Shown: in pieces, positions 39,917 through 53,814 of the stretch
How positions within the stretch are numbered: position 1 is the first letter of the stretch
How the letters are laid out: the number at the start of each line of letters is the position of its first letter
From: Camelus ferus
Taxonomy: Eukaryota
Length of the DNA: 64,000 nt
Assembly: GCF_009834535.1 (NCBI RefSeq)
Contig: NC_045697.1
Span: 26,352,001-26,416,000 of the forward strand
Direction of reading: 5' to 3'
Position numbers and translations under genes: made by a program
Notes under the pieces: model-generated
Databases searched by the model: none
What the model was told of the DNA's origin: nothing
Seen by the model: only the letters and a program-made list of their open reading frames with translations

Positions 39917-40411
39917 AAATTAGCATGTTTGTCTTTTCTTCACTGTTACAGGGCTTGGGGCCTAAGGGAATCCTCAGGATTAAAATAAACATAAAATATA
40001 TGCATAGAGTAGGTGGGAAAAATGGAACAATACTACAAGGTCCAGTAGTTTCTAGACCATGAGGGATCCAATATATGATGTGGTTTAGGCCAACACAAAA
40101 ATATGGGACAAGAGTTCTCCTTGACATATAGATTTTTTTTAGAATCAGTACCACCCCCTCTTCACAGTTCTCTCCCCAGTATTTCCCTAAGGCATCTACA
40201 GAAAAGGCCTTAAATACTGCATGAGTATCTGAGATCAAAAGACACTTCTCATGACTCACACCATCCAGTTCCCCCCTTTCTACACACCAGACACTGCCAC
40301 TGGCTGGGGGAGCTCCTGATATTCTTGTCCTAAAAATGGTGGCAGGTTGCTATGGTACAAGATGGAAAATGAGGGTTTCAATGAGTTAAATATAGCCTGA
40401 AATTGTGAACC

Positions 40412-40443
40412 TATTTAGCACAATAATTATTTAGCACAATAAT
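40412..40443 (+). repeat. Perfect 16-bp tandem duplication (tatttagcacaataat)x2
   Basis: Directly visible. Confidence 0.95.
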
Positions 40444-41960
40444 TCCCTGCACTTTTGCAAGATAAGTGGAAGTCAGAGTCAGTAGGCTGCATTACTGACA
40501 AACTCCATAAAATCAAATATCTCTACGTAGGGTTCCCTGTCTTCAGGCCTGGACAAATTCTTTCTGTGTGCTGGGCCAAAGCCAGACTACACATCTCACT
40601 CAGAATTTCTCCCCTAAGTTTCCTTGTTTCTGGAAGGTCTTCCAGGTACACTGTGGTTCTTCCAGATACAGGCCATTGGTTGTAAAATGGAGATGGAAAC
40701 TAAAGTTGAAGAACATATTTTATTTGGAAAAACATCATGCATTATTATAGGCAAGTCCTGCTATGAAGAGAACAGTGGATCAGGTATGCTGCAGTAAGAG
40801 GTGTAATAGTAGAAGTACTCTGCTAGCATGAAAATAATGTAATTTCATTAGGCTATGGTCAGGGGGACATGCAGAAATGGTCCTGGAGAGAGGTGGGCAT
40901 GCATATGAAAGATGTAGATTAAAACCATATAAAATTAGGATACAAAGAAATGTCTAAAGTTGGATATCTGGGTGCTTTCACATCCAAGAAAAACAGATAT
41001 CATTTTCTCTCTCTCTCTTACACAGACACACACAAAGAGGTATCTGGAGGAAAAGAATATAGAATGACATTACATATAATATTGTCATGAATATGTCCAC
41101 ACCAATCATGGGCATAACTATGAGAAATGGTAAAACCAGAGATTTGAGTTATAACAGAACTTTGGGAAACCCAGGTTTCTATACTAGATCTAGGTTTGTG
41201 CAATGGACTACTAAAATTTTATTTGTATAGCACTCAATGTTTTGAATAGAGAAAAAGAGGCAATAAAGATGCTAATGCAAGAAGCTTTATACAAGGGATT
41301 AAAATAAAGGTAGTTGTCTAGTTCTTTTTTATCATTTGTCACTCATATTTAGAGACTAAGGCGGAGTTTAATTGAATCTTTGTGTTGCCTACTCCTCTCC
41401 AGATCATGAAATTCCCAGGGGAACAATATATCTAATATACATAAAGAGTGAGAAGCAAATCCACCCCTCCCTTATCATTAGCTGAGACTCCTATAATATT
41501 TTCCGTAGAAGAACTCTGGTAAAGCTTGATCTGAAATCTCAATTCAATTTGGAGTCCTATGCCAAGAGTTAAATCACAGAATCTTAACATTCTCTTATCA
41601 GTCACATAGTGTAGAAACATAAAGCAACGAAGCTTAGTCTGAAACAGAGTGTGATCAGGCACAAAAGAGGCCTTGGCTCTAGTTCAGTTTAAATTCCAGT
41701 ATGTTGAAGAAAGGATAAGAAAAAGAAGGGAGATACAGGCACAGAAGATTTTAGAACAATAATTCCCTGCACTTATAAAACTGAGTTTAAAATTTATCTT
41801 GCCACTTAATCAATCATATTAATATTTCCTACTCTTATGAAGAAGCATAGAAGAGTGTAGGCAGTAAAAAGAAATGGAGAGATGCTTTCTTTCATAACAC
41901 ATGGTAGCAAACATGGAATGCTAGGGTCTAAGTTGTCCTGCCTGTACTACTAACTCAAAG

Positions 41961-42312
41961 GGTATTAATTAGTAGAGCTCTGGTGGCTATAACAAATAAC
42001 ACCCCCTCCCCAAATTTCAGTGTTTTAAAGATGGGATTTTATTTCTTCCCCATATATAACACTCCACATGGAAAATCAAAGGCCCAGACTCCTCCTATCT
42101 TGTGGCTCCTCTACTAGCCATGGAGTCTTCTGCCTGCAGCTGCCAGAAGAAAAATAAAGTGGAGAAAGCCTTCTCACTTCTTAAACATTTTGGTCTTAAA
42201 GTGACGCTATGTCACTTCTCACCTTCAATTGATTAGAACTTGGTCATACTTGGATGGAAGTGTGACCAGAATATACTGTCCCTGCCTGGAAAGTCACCTC
42301 CCAGTGACAATT
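41961..42312 (-). mobile_element. Old MLT1 (MaLR) LTR
   Basis: 'ggctataacaaataacacccc...aaatttcagtgttttaaa...atttatttctt' antisense MLT1 end. Confidence 0.7.
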
Positions 42313-43510
42313 TTATACAATGGAAGAGGAAACACAAAGGTTTGGTTTAGACATCCAGCCAACTGCCTTGCCTACCTTTGGCAATTCACCAAGAGACTCA
42401 TGGGGATTTGTTTTTTTTTGTTTGTTTTTTTTTTTTTTGTCTGAGAATTTTTACCCTTGGTGTCTGAAACCTACTGCTAAATTTGCTATATCATTCTGAT
42501 CCCTAGTGCCATCTTAAGCTACTTCCTTTAATTTACTATTTGCTTAAATAAGTCTTGGTGGAAGCATCTGTTTTGAGTTTTCCTGTTAGAAATAAACATA
42601 GTATCTAGCACTTCACTCTGGAAACTTCAGGTAAAAATATTTATTGAATTAAAAATGAGAAAAGAGACTTCCCAATCTCTTCTTCTTCCCTAGTCAGTCA
42701 GGGTTCCAATTAAATATCTAGATCATTATTTCAGTGAGACAGGAAAGAAGGGTCAAAATCAGAATAATAAGCTCATCTTCTGATGGTCTTTCTTTCATTA
42801 TCATAGTTTAGATTTAAATCTAAACCTGAAAAACAAATATCAGACAAATTCATACCTAAAGGATATGTGCAGTGAAGTTATTCAATTTACAATGCACAGA
42901 GGTTTGTGGGGATGGGGACAAGGTGATCCCTCCTCATCTCTTAGCTACACTGACTGAGTCTCATAAGAATAAAACATGCTGATTAGTGCGGGATGAAGAC
43001 ACAGCTCTCCACCTACCTGCAATCTCCTCCTACTACAACCTGGATGAGTTTAGAAGTAAGGACTCATCAGTGCTAAAAACATTGTGGAGAAATGCTTGGA
43101 TTCTAAAGAAAAACAAGATATGTTTAATGCATAAAATACTGAAAAATTTAGTGGAAGAAAATCATATTTATTTTCAGACCCAGAGTAATAGTCTTTTTAA
43201 ATTGAACTTAAAAAACAATAGAGAAACAGTGCCCTATTTAGGAAAATGCCAGTTCCTGTATCTTCTTTTACAGACACATAACATGAAAGACTATTATATA
43301 TACACCAAATCCATTGCTAAGGATTTCCAATCAACTTGGACCTTAATACATAGAGCAAAATGATGTAGATTGCTTTGAAAAGACACTCAGAAACAATCAA
43401 AATGAGGATAGCTCTCTAATCCTGGTATTATGTACAAAATAACTTCAGGGGCCAGATTAAACATTAATAATTAGTTACTCATGAAAGTCAGGGGAAATGG
43501 CTTCAAGTGA

Positions 43511-43860
43511 TGTCTTAGTTTGGGCTGCTATAACAGTGTACGTTAGACTGGGTGGCTTAAACAACATTTATTTCTCACAGTTCTGGAGACTGGAAGTCTG
43601 AGATCAGGGTCCCAGCATAGAGGGTGTGGGCCCTCTTACTGGTTACGTGCTCACATGGCCTTCTTTGGTGGGTGCATGCATAGAGAGTGATATTGTGTCT
43701 TTTCCTCTTTTTAAAAGGGCATTAATGTCATCATGGGGCCTCTGTCCTCAGGAATTCATCAAACCCTAAGTACTTCCCAAGGCCTTACTTTCAAATACCA
43801 TTACATTTCAGATTAAGGCTTCAATGTATGAATTTTGAGGGGAACAATCAATCCTTAACT
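43511..43860 (-). mobile_element. MLT1A-like MaLR solo LTR
   Basis: 'tgtcttagtttgggctgctataaca...ctgggtggcttaaacaacatttatttctcacagttctggagactggaagtctgagatcaggg'. Confidence 0.92.
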
Positions 43861-44277
43861 TCTGGCAATCATTAAAGAAGTGCTATTTATATAGTTCATG
43901 CATCCTGGGAAAACTCCCATGCTAATATTCCAATAAAATCTAAAAGACTTTCCCTCTCTATCTTTCTCTTTCTCTCAATAAAATATCTTGGCTAGAACTT
44001 ATTTGATGGAAATCAAAAGATGAAGAAAACTAGAAGACATTTCTTTTCTATCATATATCATTAGTTAGATACTGAATGCCATACATTCAAATCCTCAAGA
44101 TGGTACGACGTGTGTATGTTTATGTGTGTGTTCCTTATTTTAAAATAACTTTAAGGGGCCCTTGGCATAAAATCAATTAAATTTCTTTTAATTAGAAGAT
44201 AAATTTCATAAAGGGTGTGTGCCAAATTTGAATAGTGTATGTGGAAATGAAGGTACCCGTTTTGGGTCCTAGTATAG

Positions 44278-44552
44278 ACAGGCAGTGATTCTCGCTGGTT
44301 AAGCACTCAGTTGTTACAGCAATGAACTTGAATTTAAACTTGGTTCTTCTACTAGGTGTATGAATTCAAACAATTACTCAATTTCTGTGCCTCAATAATC
44401 TCATCAGATAAAGAAGGATCATAAGTTTGTTGTGAGGATTAAATGAGTTAAAAATGTGAAGCACTTAGAACAGTACTTAGAACACACAAGAAGCTATATA
44501 TGTATTTTTGTTGTTATTATTATTACTGTCGCTGCTATTGCTACTACTACTA
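44278..44552 (+). mobile_element. MIR SINE with trinucleotide-rich tail
   Basis: 'ttgttgtgaggattaaatgagttaaaaatgtgaagcacttagaacagt'. Confidence 0.85.
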
Positions 44553-46120
44553 CAAGGGAACAAGAAGGCTCCAGGAGAATCCCTGTAGCAGCCAATAGTA
44601 ACTTAAGGCAAAACAAGGTAGAAATGAAAGTTCCAGGGATGAAACCAGTACTTAGACATTACTGAAGAAAGTATGAATAATTTAATTTAGTTTATGGGAA
44701 TAGAATTAATGGAAAAAGAGGAAAGGATGAAGACAGTGTTTGAAAAATGTGAATCACAGAAAAAGAAAGTAATAATCACACAACCAGGTCATACTAAGAA
44801 TTACATCTAAAAATAAGACCAGGAGGACAGAACTAACTAGCTACCAATACCAGGAAATAAAGAGAGATGGTCCTGACACATCAGCCCTAGTCAGTTGGCT
44901 TTCAAAATTATGGTGATGGGAATGCAGAACCCAAATAAGTCTGAGATTGTGGCTGCATCTTGCAGGCTACACAAGTAGCCTGGCTTCCCCCTACTGGGAT
45001 GTACTGGTGGAGAAGACCCCAACAGCTTCAAACTCCACTTTGTCTCCTTGGTCCCCATTTGTTTTGGGAGATGAGTAAGGAGCTAAACTTACCTGGACTC
45101 TCCTTTTGAAAATCTGTATCAAAATTAAGATGAAAAGTTACTGACAGAAGGAGAGGAAGGCAAGATGTATTTGGAATCTTCAACATATTATTTTCTGGGT
45201 TGGCTATGAATGAAGGTAAAAAGAACTAACTGCATACTTCTGTCTAGTGTTGTTATAGAAAGAGCTAAATTTAAAGGAAGCATTTATTCCTAATCAAAGG
45301 GAAAACTTGGAGTAAAGTCTGTTCCAAAGTCAACTTTCAAAACTACACATTTATGCGGCAGCAAATACTGGAAATACACCATTTCATGCTCAAGAGAGTT
45401 ATCCCTGCTCTGCATTAATATCTTTGATTCAGAGGGTGATGGGCAGTGAGTGGCGCATATGGTAACTCAAAAGGCAGAGTGCAGGGAGAAGGTGATGGTT
45501 TTGCTACCTGGTAGTAAAGAGTAAGACTTTAAGAGTTAACAAAACAAAACAAAACACTAGCAAGTGATAAGCTCCACCCTCTCCTCCATCATAACTAATA
45601 CTTAGAGAAAGACATTTTTATTTTAAAATAACAATATTTTTCCTTTAAATAAAGATAGGTATTTCTGTTTGCACTATAACATTTGGGATCTCGTCTCTAC
45701 TTCATGATCTTCATGATTTTTTTTTTAATTTCTATGAAAAATTTATGTGGAGACAATCAGTGGTTTGAAGCAATGTGATCTGACCCAGGTCCCCTTTCCT
45801 AGGGATTGTAGTATTTGCCTATTCATATCTCATCTCTTCTCTTCTCTCTCTCCTCTCTTCTTCTTCTCCTTGTCCTTCTTCTTCTTTCACTCCCTCTTTT
45901 CCATTCCCCTCTTTTCTTAAAACTGCTAGGTGCCCTTTTACAGAGAGGGCAATGCCATTTAACAACCCTGTGCTTTCATTCTCCCATCTATAAAATAGGA
46001 TCAAGAAAAACTTGAGGTTATCATGAAAATTAAACAAGACATTCTATAGTAATGAACTTAGCAAAGTATTTGGTGCCTTGTAAGTGATCCAAAAATGGTA
46101 GCAATAATAATGGTGATGAT

Positions 46121-46595
46121 TATCAAAGAAAAACTGTATTAGAGAGAATTAAAGATATAAGGAAGACTTTATGTGAGACTACTGCAATCGGAGAGGGAGA
46201 CTGAACTCCACTGAAAAAAAAAACGCAGGAGTGGTTTTTAAGCATCGGAGTAAGCTAGTAGATTAGAACTGGAGAATGTTGGTGAATAGGTAGTCAATGT
46301 GATTAGGCCATAAATGTTTGCTAACTGTCCTAAATTAAGCCCCTACCTTCCCACAGAGACTAGGAGATAGTGACTGTATGTCCTTTGATGATCCCATTTC
46401 ATCCCAGGGCTGTGAGAAAGACATGCCTTGGTTATAAAACTGGCAAGAGGCTGGGTGAAACATTAGGTCTAAAGGGGCAGAGAGAATTTACAGTGAAAAG
46501 TTTATTAAGTAAATACTCTAGGAAAAGGGAGGTTAGTGGTGTAGAGGCAGGAAGAAGCCTATCTAGAGTTTAGTCAAGTGAGGCAGCCTTGATCC
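46121..46595 (-). mobile_element. MER67-like ERV1 solo LTR
   Basis: Reverse complement 'cttgactaaactctagataggcttcttcctg...acctcccttttcctagagtatttact'; perfect 4-bp TSD TGAT (46117-46120/46596-46599). Confidence 0.8.
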
Positions 46596-49500
46596 TGATA
46601 TTCAGGATGAAGGTAATAGCAACTGCAAATGCACATGGATTATGGGAACAATGAATTAACAGTAAAATGATGTGTATTTCACATTCATTTTCTTTTAGAT
46701 AAACACAGCGTACTGTGAGTACAATGACAGAGAATCCCTAAGGTCTTGTTGTGAGCATTTGTGGAGTGTTAATTACATAGGTTGAAAGCTGCTTCAAGAA
46801 ATCAGATTTCTATTCTTTTTAATTTCTAAATTGAGAGATACAGTATCAAAGTCAGCCAAAGGGGATATATATTATGGGAACTGAGAGAGAATGTATAATC
46901 CATTAGTGCTTGGATTAAAATATTTATACATTCAAAGATAAATCCCTTTTATTCACCTCTAAGTTGATATATGAATGTGTTACTAGGAAACCTTCAATAT
47001 TAACACTGCTTTATATAGCCTCAGGCACCCTGAGAAGAATACCAAAATACCTATTCATTGTTTAAAAAGGTTGACAAGATTTGAGTCTGAAAATAGTTCC
47101 TCTTTATGTGCTATAAAAATTTTCTTTCTTGAATTCTGTTGAAGCTGAAGTTAATTTTGATTATGGGTAGGAAAGGCCACCCATTCTTAGCAACTAGACT
47201 AACAGGAATATGTAGATGAATTGGGTGTGCTGGCAAAATTAGATAGAAAAATGCAAATGCCCTGACAATTAGATATTTAAGTCAAAGGAATATATGCAAA
47301 TCACTTAGTTTTCACACTGGAAACTTTTATTAAAATTCTGCTTTTGAATTTAGGAAAATGTTAATTATTTCTTTCATGCTTAGATGTAAATGAGCTTTCC
47401 TGCAATTAAATTCATAATAATTGTTTTAAAATATACTAAGCAACAGCACAACAATAGACAACATTTAGCATTGAGAATGAGACAGTCTGTGTTTATAAAC
47501 AACTTCATTCTCACGTGACCTTTGACAAATATCTTTATCTTTCTGGACCTTAGGTTCTCACCTGAAAAAAAAAAGATATACGATACCTACTCTACTATTA
47601 TCACATTATGAAGAATTCTCAGAAGAATTGATGGAGGTGGTATGACATTTTAAAATGCTTTTTAAATTTCAGAGTAGTGAACACATTTCACTGTGGTCAT
47701 TAACTATTGAGTTCCATGTGAAACTTACTTGAATTCTAGGTATATCTCATTTTGATTTTTCTGTGAAACTATCAGAGGTGAAATCTATGGTCTATCTAAA
47801 TGAGATTAACTTCAATCCTAATCCAAACCTAGAGAGAATTGCAAGTCCTGTCTAAGAATTCTGTGGATAAGTAGAGAGTTTATCTTCTCAAGGTTGTCTC
47901 TGCTTACTCCTACTTCTTGCCTGTGCTTTCTCTGTTCATCACTAAGTATTTTTGATGTAAAATTAATCCTCCTTCATTGTTTTCCAAAAACAAAATGATA
48001 AAAAAAAGAAACATGCACAAAAAAATTTAGTTGATTTTATAGACAGGAGAGATTTTACAGACAATTTTGGAGTCCCACAGTTTAAATAGTATGTTAGGCA
48101 TTTCAATTCTTAATTGTCACTTTAGCCCTACTGCCACTGCCTTCCATTACCTATACCCAAGCATCTAATCGCCTTGCTGCTTTTTCCCCTTCTCGTCTAT
48201 TTTTTTCTCTCAGGAGCCATTAACAATATCAAGAAACAAATAAAAAATTTCTATCTTTTTCTCATATAGAGAAGCATAATTTTATTTTTATTGCTTTGGC
48301 TCTAGTTGATTCACAAGCCTTTAGGGTCTCACATTGTATCCTGGTAGATTATCCTGATGTTTATCAAACAGCACCTGACTTTTTCCAAACACACATAAAA
48401 TAAAACAAAGCAAAACAAAACAAAACAAAATGTTGCCACAGTTAAAAGGCTACTTTGCCTTCCTATCCAAGGAAGAGTTGTGATCATTAAAATAATTTTT
48501 GGAAACTGTTGATAAACTTCTTGTCTTTCTCTAAAGAGGATAATGGACTACGGTATCACTTTAGATCCTTTTAGATCAGGAGTTCATAGCTCTCTCAGTG
48601 TCCAATGTGAGGTAGTTTTTTTGGAGTCAATTCTGAATATGTGTAGGTGGTTCATTTCCATAACACTGTCACATAAGTCTAGGTTTTGTAGAGCCCTTTC
48701 CTGGTGTAGCTGGAGATCCTATTCAAGATAGTAAACTTCTAGTAGAAGCAATTGTGAAATAATTAGTTAAGTAATAGATAAGACCCATAAGGTTTTATTT
48801 CCTCTTCTATTCTCAGAGCCAAGTTCAGTGCCCAGTACAGAGTAAAAATTCAATAAAGCATGTCAAATGAGGACAGAATGAACAAACAAAGCAGAAACAT
48901 AGAGCTTTATCACTAGCCGTAATGTCAGTGCCCCCATTTAGGAATTTGACTTCTGTCCCTCTACTAATATTACTTGACATTCATTTTGCAAGTATTTCTT
49001 ATTGTAATTTTGTATCTTCCTAATTGCCCCAATCCAATCTCTTTCTGCCATTCTCTTTTTTTTTTTCTTTCTCCCCTTTTTGCCTTCTTGATTGTGAAGG
49101 AAATATTAGAAATGCTGATTCAATCTCCTAGAGGAATAAAACCAGATGAATTTAGCTGAGAGCCTCTGTGAAACACGTGACTCATTGTTTTGCCCCATAA
49201 CCACAGTCATTAATGAGGGCATATGTTGATATGAAAATGTGCAGGAGGGACAGGAAGCATTGCTGTGCATGCAAAAGGGGTATGAGCTGACCTGCAAACC
49301 CACCTCACTCTGACTATTCTCTGAAATAGCTCTTTACTACAGATTCAGCAAGATGTGCCAATTCTAACAGTCTTTCATTAAAATTTTCAGCTAACATAAT
49401 CAGAATGTTTATTTTGATAGATTCATAGTGAAAAACAACAGAGGCAGGGGAACTAAGAATCAATATTTTCAGGTCAAAGGAAAAAGAGTCCACGGAACAA

Positions 49501-52289
49501 GAACATCTAATAGTTCATCACTCTGATATTCAACAGCATAAACACATACAATGTAATTACCAGAAAAAAAAAAGGACTGTTTTGCAAAGAAACCATAAAT
49601 CTGGAGGAGAAATTATGCATGTTGGTTTTTATGGTAATGATCTTCACAGTTTGTTTGTGTGATGTTTTTCTCTGGTCCAACAATTCTGCTGATGAGCAGA
49701 GATCATTCTCTTCAGAAGAACATTGTCAAGATGATCAAGGCTGTATCAGGATCTTTTCTGTAATTATTGATCTTGAATTAGAGAGTCTCTATGGAATTTG
49801 TGTGTGCTGGTAAAGGGAAAAAGGAAGAAGTTGTCTCTTGGTAATGGTGGGTGACTGGTGGGGAAAAAAACGATGGGGAGTGGTTGTTATGTTAGACAAC
49901 TGAGAGGTAGATTGCAAAAGAGTATAGCAAAAGCATCCTATGACTTTTTATGAGCTAGACCATCCCTAGTTATCTGGATTGCCCCTCAGCAGTCACCTAT
50001 TCCCTGGTGTCCAGGGCCACTAAAAGAATTGTGCCAAAAGGAGAAGGTACTTGAGAACATTAGAACCCTAATGTAAATATATTTCTTTCACAGTCACTTA
50101 CACAAATATAAACCAGAACCACAAATAGCAAATTGAAGAAGAATGAAAAATCATGTCTAGATAATTAAGCTTTTTGTAGCTGCTATTTGAATTTTTAGCA
50201 AATTACATCTACTGACACCTAAACTCCCTATAGGTGAGACTGAATCTATACAAATATGTGTTACTTTTCTAACACTTTTTTTTTCTAAGTAAAGTTAATT
50301 AAGACTGATGTTATAAATTTCATTTAGATTCTGGTAGGAGTAACTCTGGAGTTTTCTTTAAGAGAGTTTCTTAAATGAGTCAAGATGAAGATTTACAGAA
50401 CTAGATAGTAAAAATCCGAATTATAATAATTCACATTTCTAGCTAATTGCTTTGAAAATGGAATAAAATTATTATATGGCTAACGAGTTACGCTCCTTTA
50501 TAATAACTGAGAGGGAGCATGTTCTTGTTAAGAACATGAAAGACAAAAATCGGGATTTGAAACCAGGTTTACATGTCCATACCTGGACATATTGCATAGT
50601 CTTCTATGCTTCCGTCCTCTCACCTATAAATTTGAGATTAATAATAGCACCTGTTTCCTGTGTCTTTGAGAAGAAAACTCTAATAAATAGCGTCTCTCTT
50701 CCCTACCTAAATTCTACACCAACTGAGAAATGAGATGAAAGATTCAGCAGAGAACCCAAATATTGTAAAGTCTCAGAAGAATTAGTTAAGGGCAAGCACC
50801 TAAATGGAATTGTTCCTGCCTGTTCGCTCAGGCTAGATCTTGGAACAGGGTATCAGAGAGAAACTTAAAACTGCAGAACAGTCACATTTACAGAAATTGT
50901 TTCCTCCTACTGATGAATAAAGAGGTGAAATATCAGAAATCAAATCCCCCTTAAGGAATGTTGAAAGACCAGCTCCACACATGTGACTACATGAATTAGT
51001 GGCTGTAGCCTAATAAACTTGACTTTCATGGGGAAGAATAAGGGAGTCAAGAGTTAGAATATTTAGAAAAAATCACTCCTCATGGAAGTTCCTCACTAGC
51101 ACTCCCTACTTTTTATTTTCTTAGCACATTGGGATCAACCTTTCAGATTATGCTTGTGCAGGAGCATGCCTAGTCCCTTGGAGAGATTCCTACTTTCTTG
51201 AGGTCACTCCCTCAATCCCAACCACTATCCTATAGGTAGTGTCATAGGACTGCTGATGGGCAGTGGTGATATTGACCCCCTCTCACTATGGGGAAATACC
51301 AGAATGGAATGGATCAGAAGAGAGCATTACTCAAATCTGCTCACATCCCAAATCATGTCAAAACTATACTTTCTATATGCAAGGAGATTAAATGAATACA
51401 TTAATGAGTAATAAATTAGAAGAAGGCTTGCACTGATGAATAATAAACTGCAGGAAGATTCTCCAACTATAATATTCCAATCAGCATGGAGAACCCCAAA
51501 TTTAAATACAAATCCCATGCTATGATCCAATGCTCAAGCTGAAGTTAAGTCCAAAAATTAAATGCCTAGATTTGGACTGATTTCCTAGATTTCTCCAAAA
51601 AACACACGTTTCAAGTCTCCCATCTCATGGTTAGAACGTGTGTCGTACTTTTTGGTTTAGAGATGATTGCTATGCACTGAGGCCCAATAGGTATTTACAG
51701 CTCCGTGTCTCCAGTTAAAACTCATTCTCTGCGAGCTGTCTGAGACCTGTGGCTTGCAGGGTCTCTTAGGCTTTGAATAATTTGGGTAAGAGCAATTTGG
51801 GAATTTTCTTTACAATCCTCCTTTCCCAGCCAGTTAAAGTATCTGGGGACCGACAGAAGGAGCCAAAACAAGGATCAGAAATGCAGTGTCAAGGTTAGTC
51901 CTGGTGAAATGGGACTCCAGGGCAGAGTAGGACTGCCTCTGTCCTTCCTTAGACTATGGTCCTCATGTGGCCCTGTCCCACCCAGTCAGCTAATATTTAT
52001 GAATAAAATAACACTGTGTTAGGAATCACATCCTGGTCTAAATTACAGGTGTAAGTCTATGATTTTGGGGTTGTTTCTAACATACTGAGAATGATGCACC
52101 ACAGGTATTTTAGAAAGCTTTTTTTTAGGCAAGGTTACCTGCTGTTTAGAATTTGGGCTCAGATGATTTCTATCTTTAAATTTTTAATTTGTTTTCAACT
52201 GCTTTTGTCTGTTCCATAAATTATCTTAAAATATTGGAAATATTAAATACTAAAAGAGGGTATTTGTATAAATGCTAAACATTTCATAT

Positions 52290-52650
52290 GATCTTATGCA
52301 ACCATTAAAAATGTGGTAAAAAAAGAATTCCTATAAAACTTCTGTAAATGCCTAAAATTATATAGCATATTTCTGACTTTAATGATGTTCATAATATATA
52401 GATAGCTAAGTGAAGAAAGCATGCAACTTTATAATGTACAGCTTTACTTCTCTAAAAAAAATCACATGTAGGTGCATGCATCCTGTTCATGTATGAGACC
52501 TGACAAATGTCATAGATAAATAGAAAAATATCTAGATGCATATACCACGAACTATTAATAATATGATTGGTTGGGTAGATAGGAATGTGTATGTATATAT
52601 TTTTTCCTGATTTTTCCTGTAATTATAAGAAAAATAATAAAAAAAAGAAA
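52290..52650 (+). mobile_element. Old L1ME-like 3' UTR fragment
   Basis: 'atgcaaccattaaaaa...gatgttcataatatatagatagctaagtgaagaaagcatgcaac'. Confidence 0.55.
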
Positions 52651-53814
52651 ATTAGAAAATAAATAAAATTAAAACTATTTGCAGTTTTAAATATATTCTT
52701 AATTGCTTAATTTCAAATTTATTGTTAGACAATTATAATTATGCCATTTGTTTTAGAAATCATTTTATGATTTTTAAAATTACTTAGTACTACAAAAAAG
52801 GCCTAACATGACAGAGTATCTGTTATTATGAGATGAGAAATATACACACATATATGTAATATACATAAATAAAATATATACATGCATATCTCTTAAATGT
52901 ATGTGTGTATATACTTTTAAAGAAATTAATTATAAATTTTATACAGCAAAAACTGGGGATAAACTCCCTAGAAAAACTTGCTTAAAGGCTTATGAAGTCT
53001 GCCGTATTATATCTCAGCTTCATGGTATCCCATGTAATAAATATGCAAATGATCAATCCCTAAGGCTCTTTATTGACCATCTGATTGTTTCAAAGAATTT
53101 TTACAGTCATCTGTTATCTACTACACTTTTTGGAACGTGAGGGAAAAAGTCGAGTTTGGGACTTTGCGTAAGATTCTTAAGCCTGTGGATCATTCTGAAC
53201 CATATTTATACCAAATCCCCCTTGTCTGATTGAGTTGTCATTGTCTGAGCTGACTCCTGTGCCCTCTATGTGTGTGTGTGTTTTGATGAGTAGAAAGAGA
53301 TTTTTTAGAGCAATCCACTCAGCTTCCTTCCCCTCATTCTGCCTCATGACTCTCACATGTTTGTGAAATGACCAACCTCATATGGAGAAATTCTGAAACT
53401 AAAGTTAGCTGGGTTTAGCCAAGGACAGAGCAGGCGACTGTGGAGGCAGAAGCAAGCTGAAGTGCCCAGTCCAGCGAGACCTTTCACCTACAGTGTCCCC
53501 AAGGACTGCCACCCCACCTGGCTGTTTTGCCGATCAGACCATTCAGACTTCATATCTTCACTTTTTTCTTTTCTTTTTAGGATTAGTCTATATCATCTGG
53601 CCTGGAATTTTTTTCTTTTCAGTGTTGAGAATTTTCTAGTCTATTAATTCTCTTGCAGTGTTTAGATGCCTGGCTCAGAGTATCTTTCTCTGTATGAAAT
53701 GAAGTTATTGGTTCTGTCAGGCTGAAGATACAAGATCTTGGAGTCTTAAAATCTTGCAAAAAAAAAAAAACACACACTAAAGTCAGTCAAAATTCAGTCT
53801 TGGAATTTGTATGC

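Noticed and set aside
42986..43363. 125-aa ORF in unique sequence
   Set aside because: GTG start, AT-rich random-like composition, no recognisable domain or exon boundaries.
45815..46037. Leu-rich signal-peptide-like ORF and opposite-strand Glu/Arg-rich ORF
   Set aside because: Both arise from a TC-rich low-complexity tract running into a MIR fragment.
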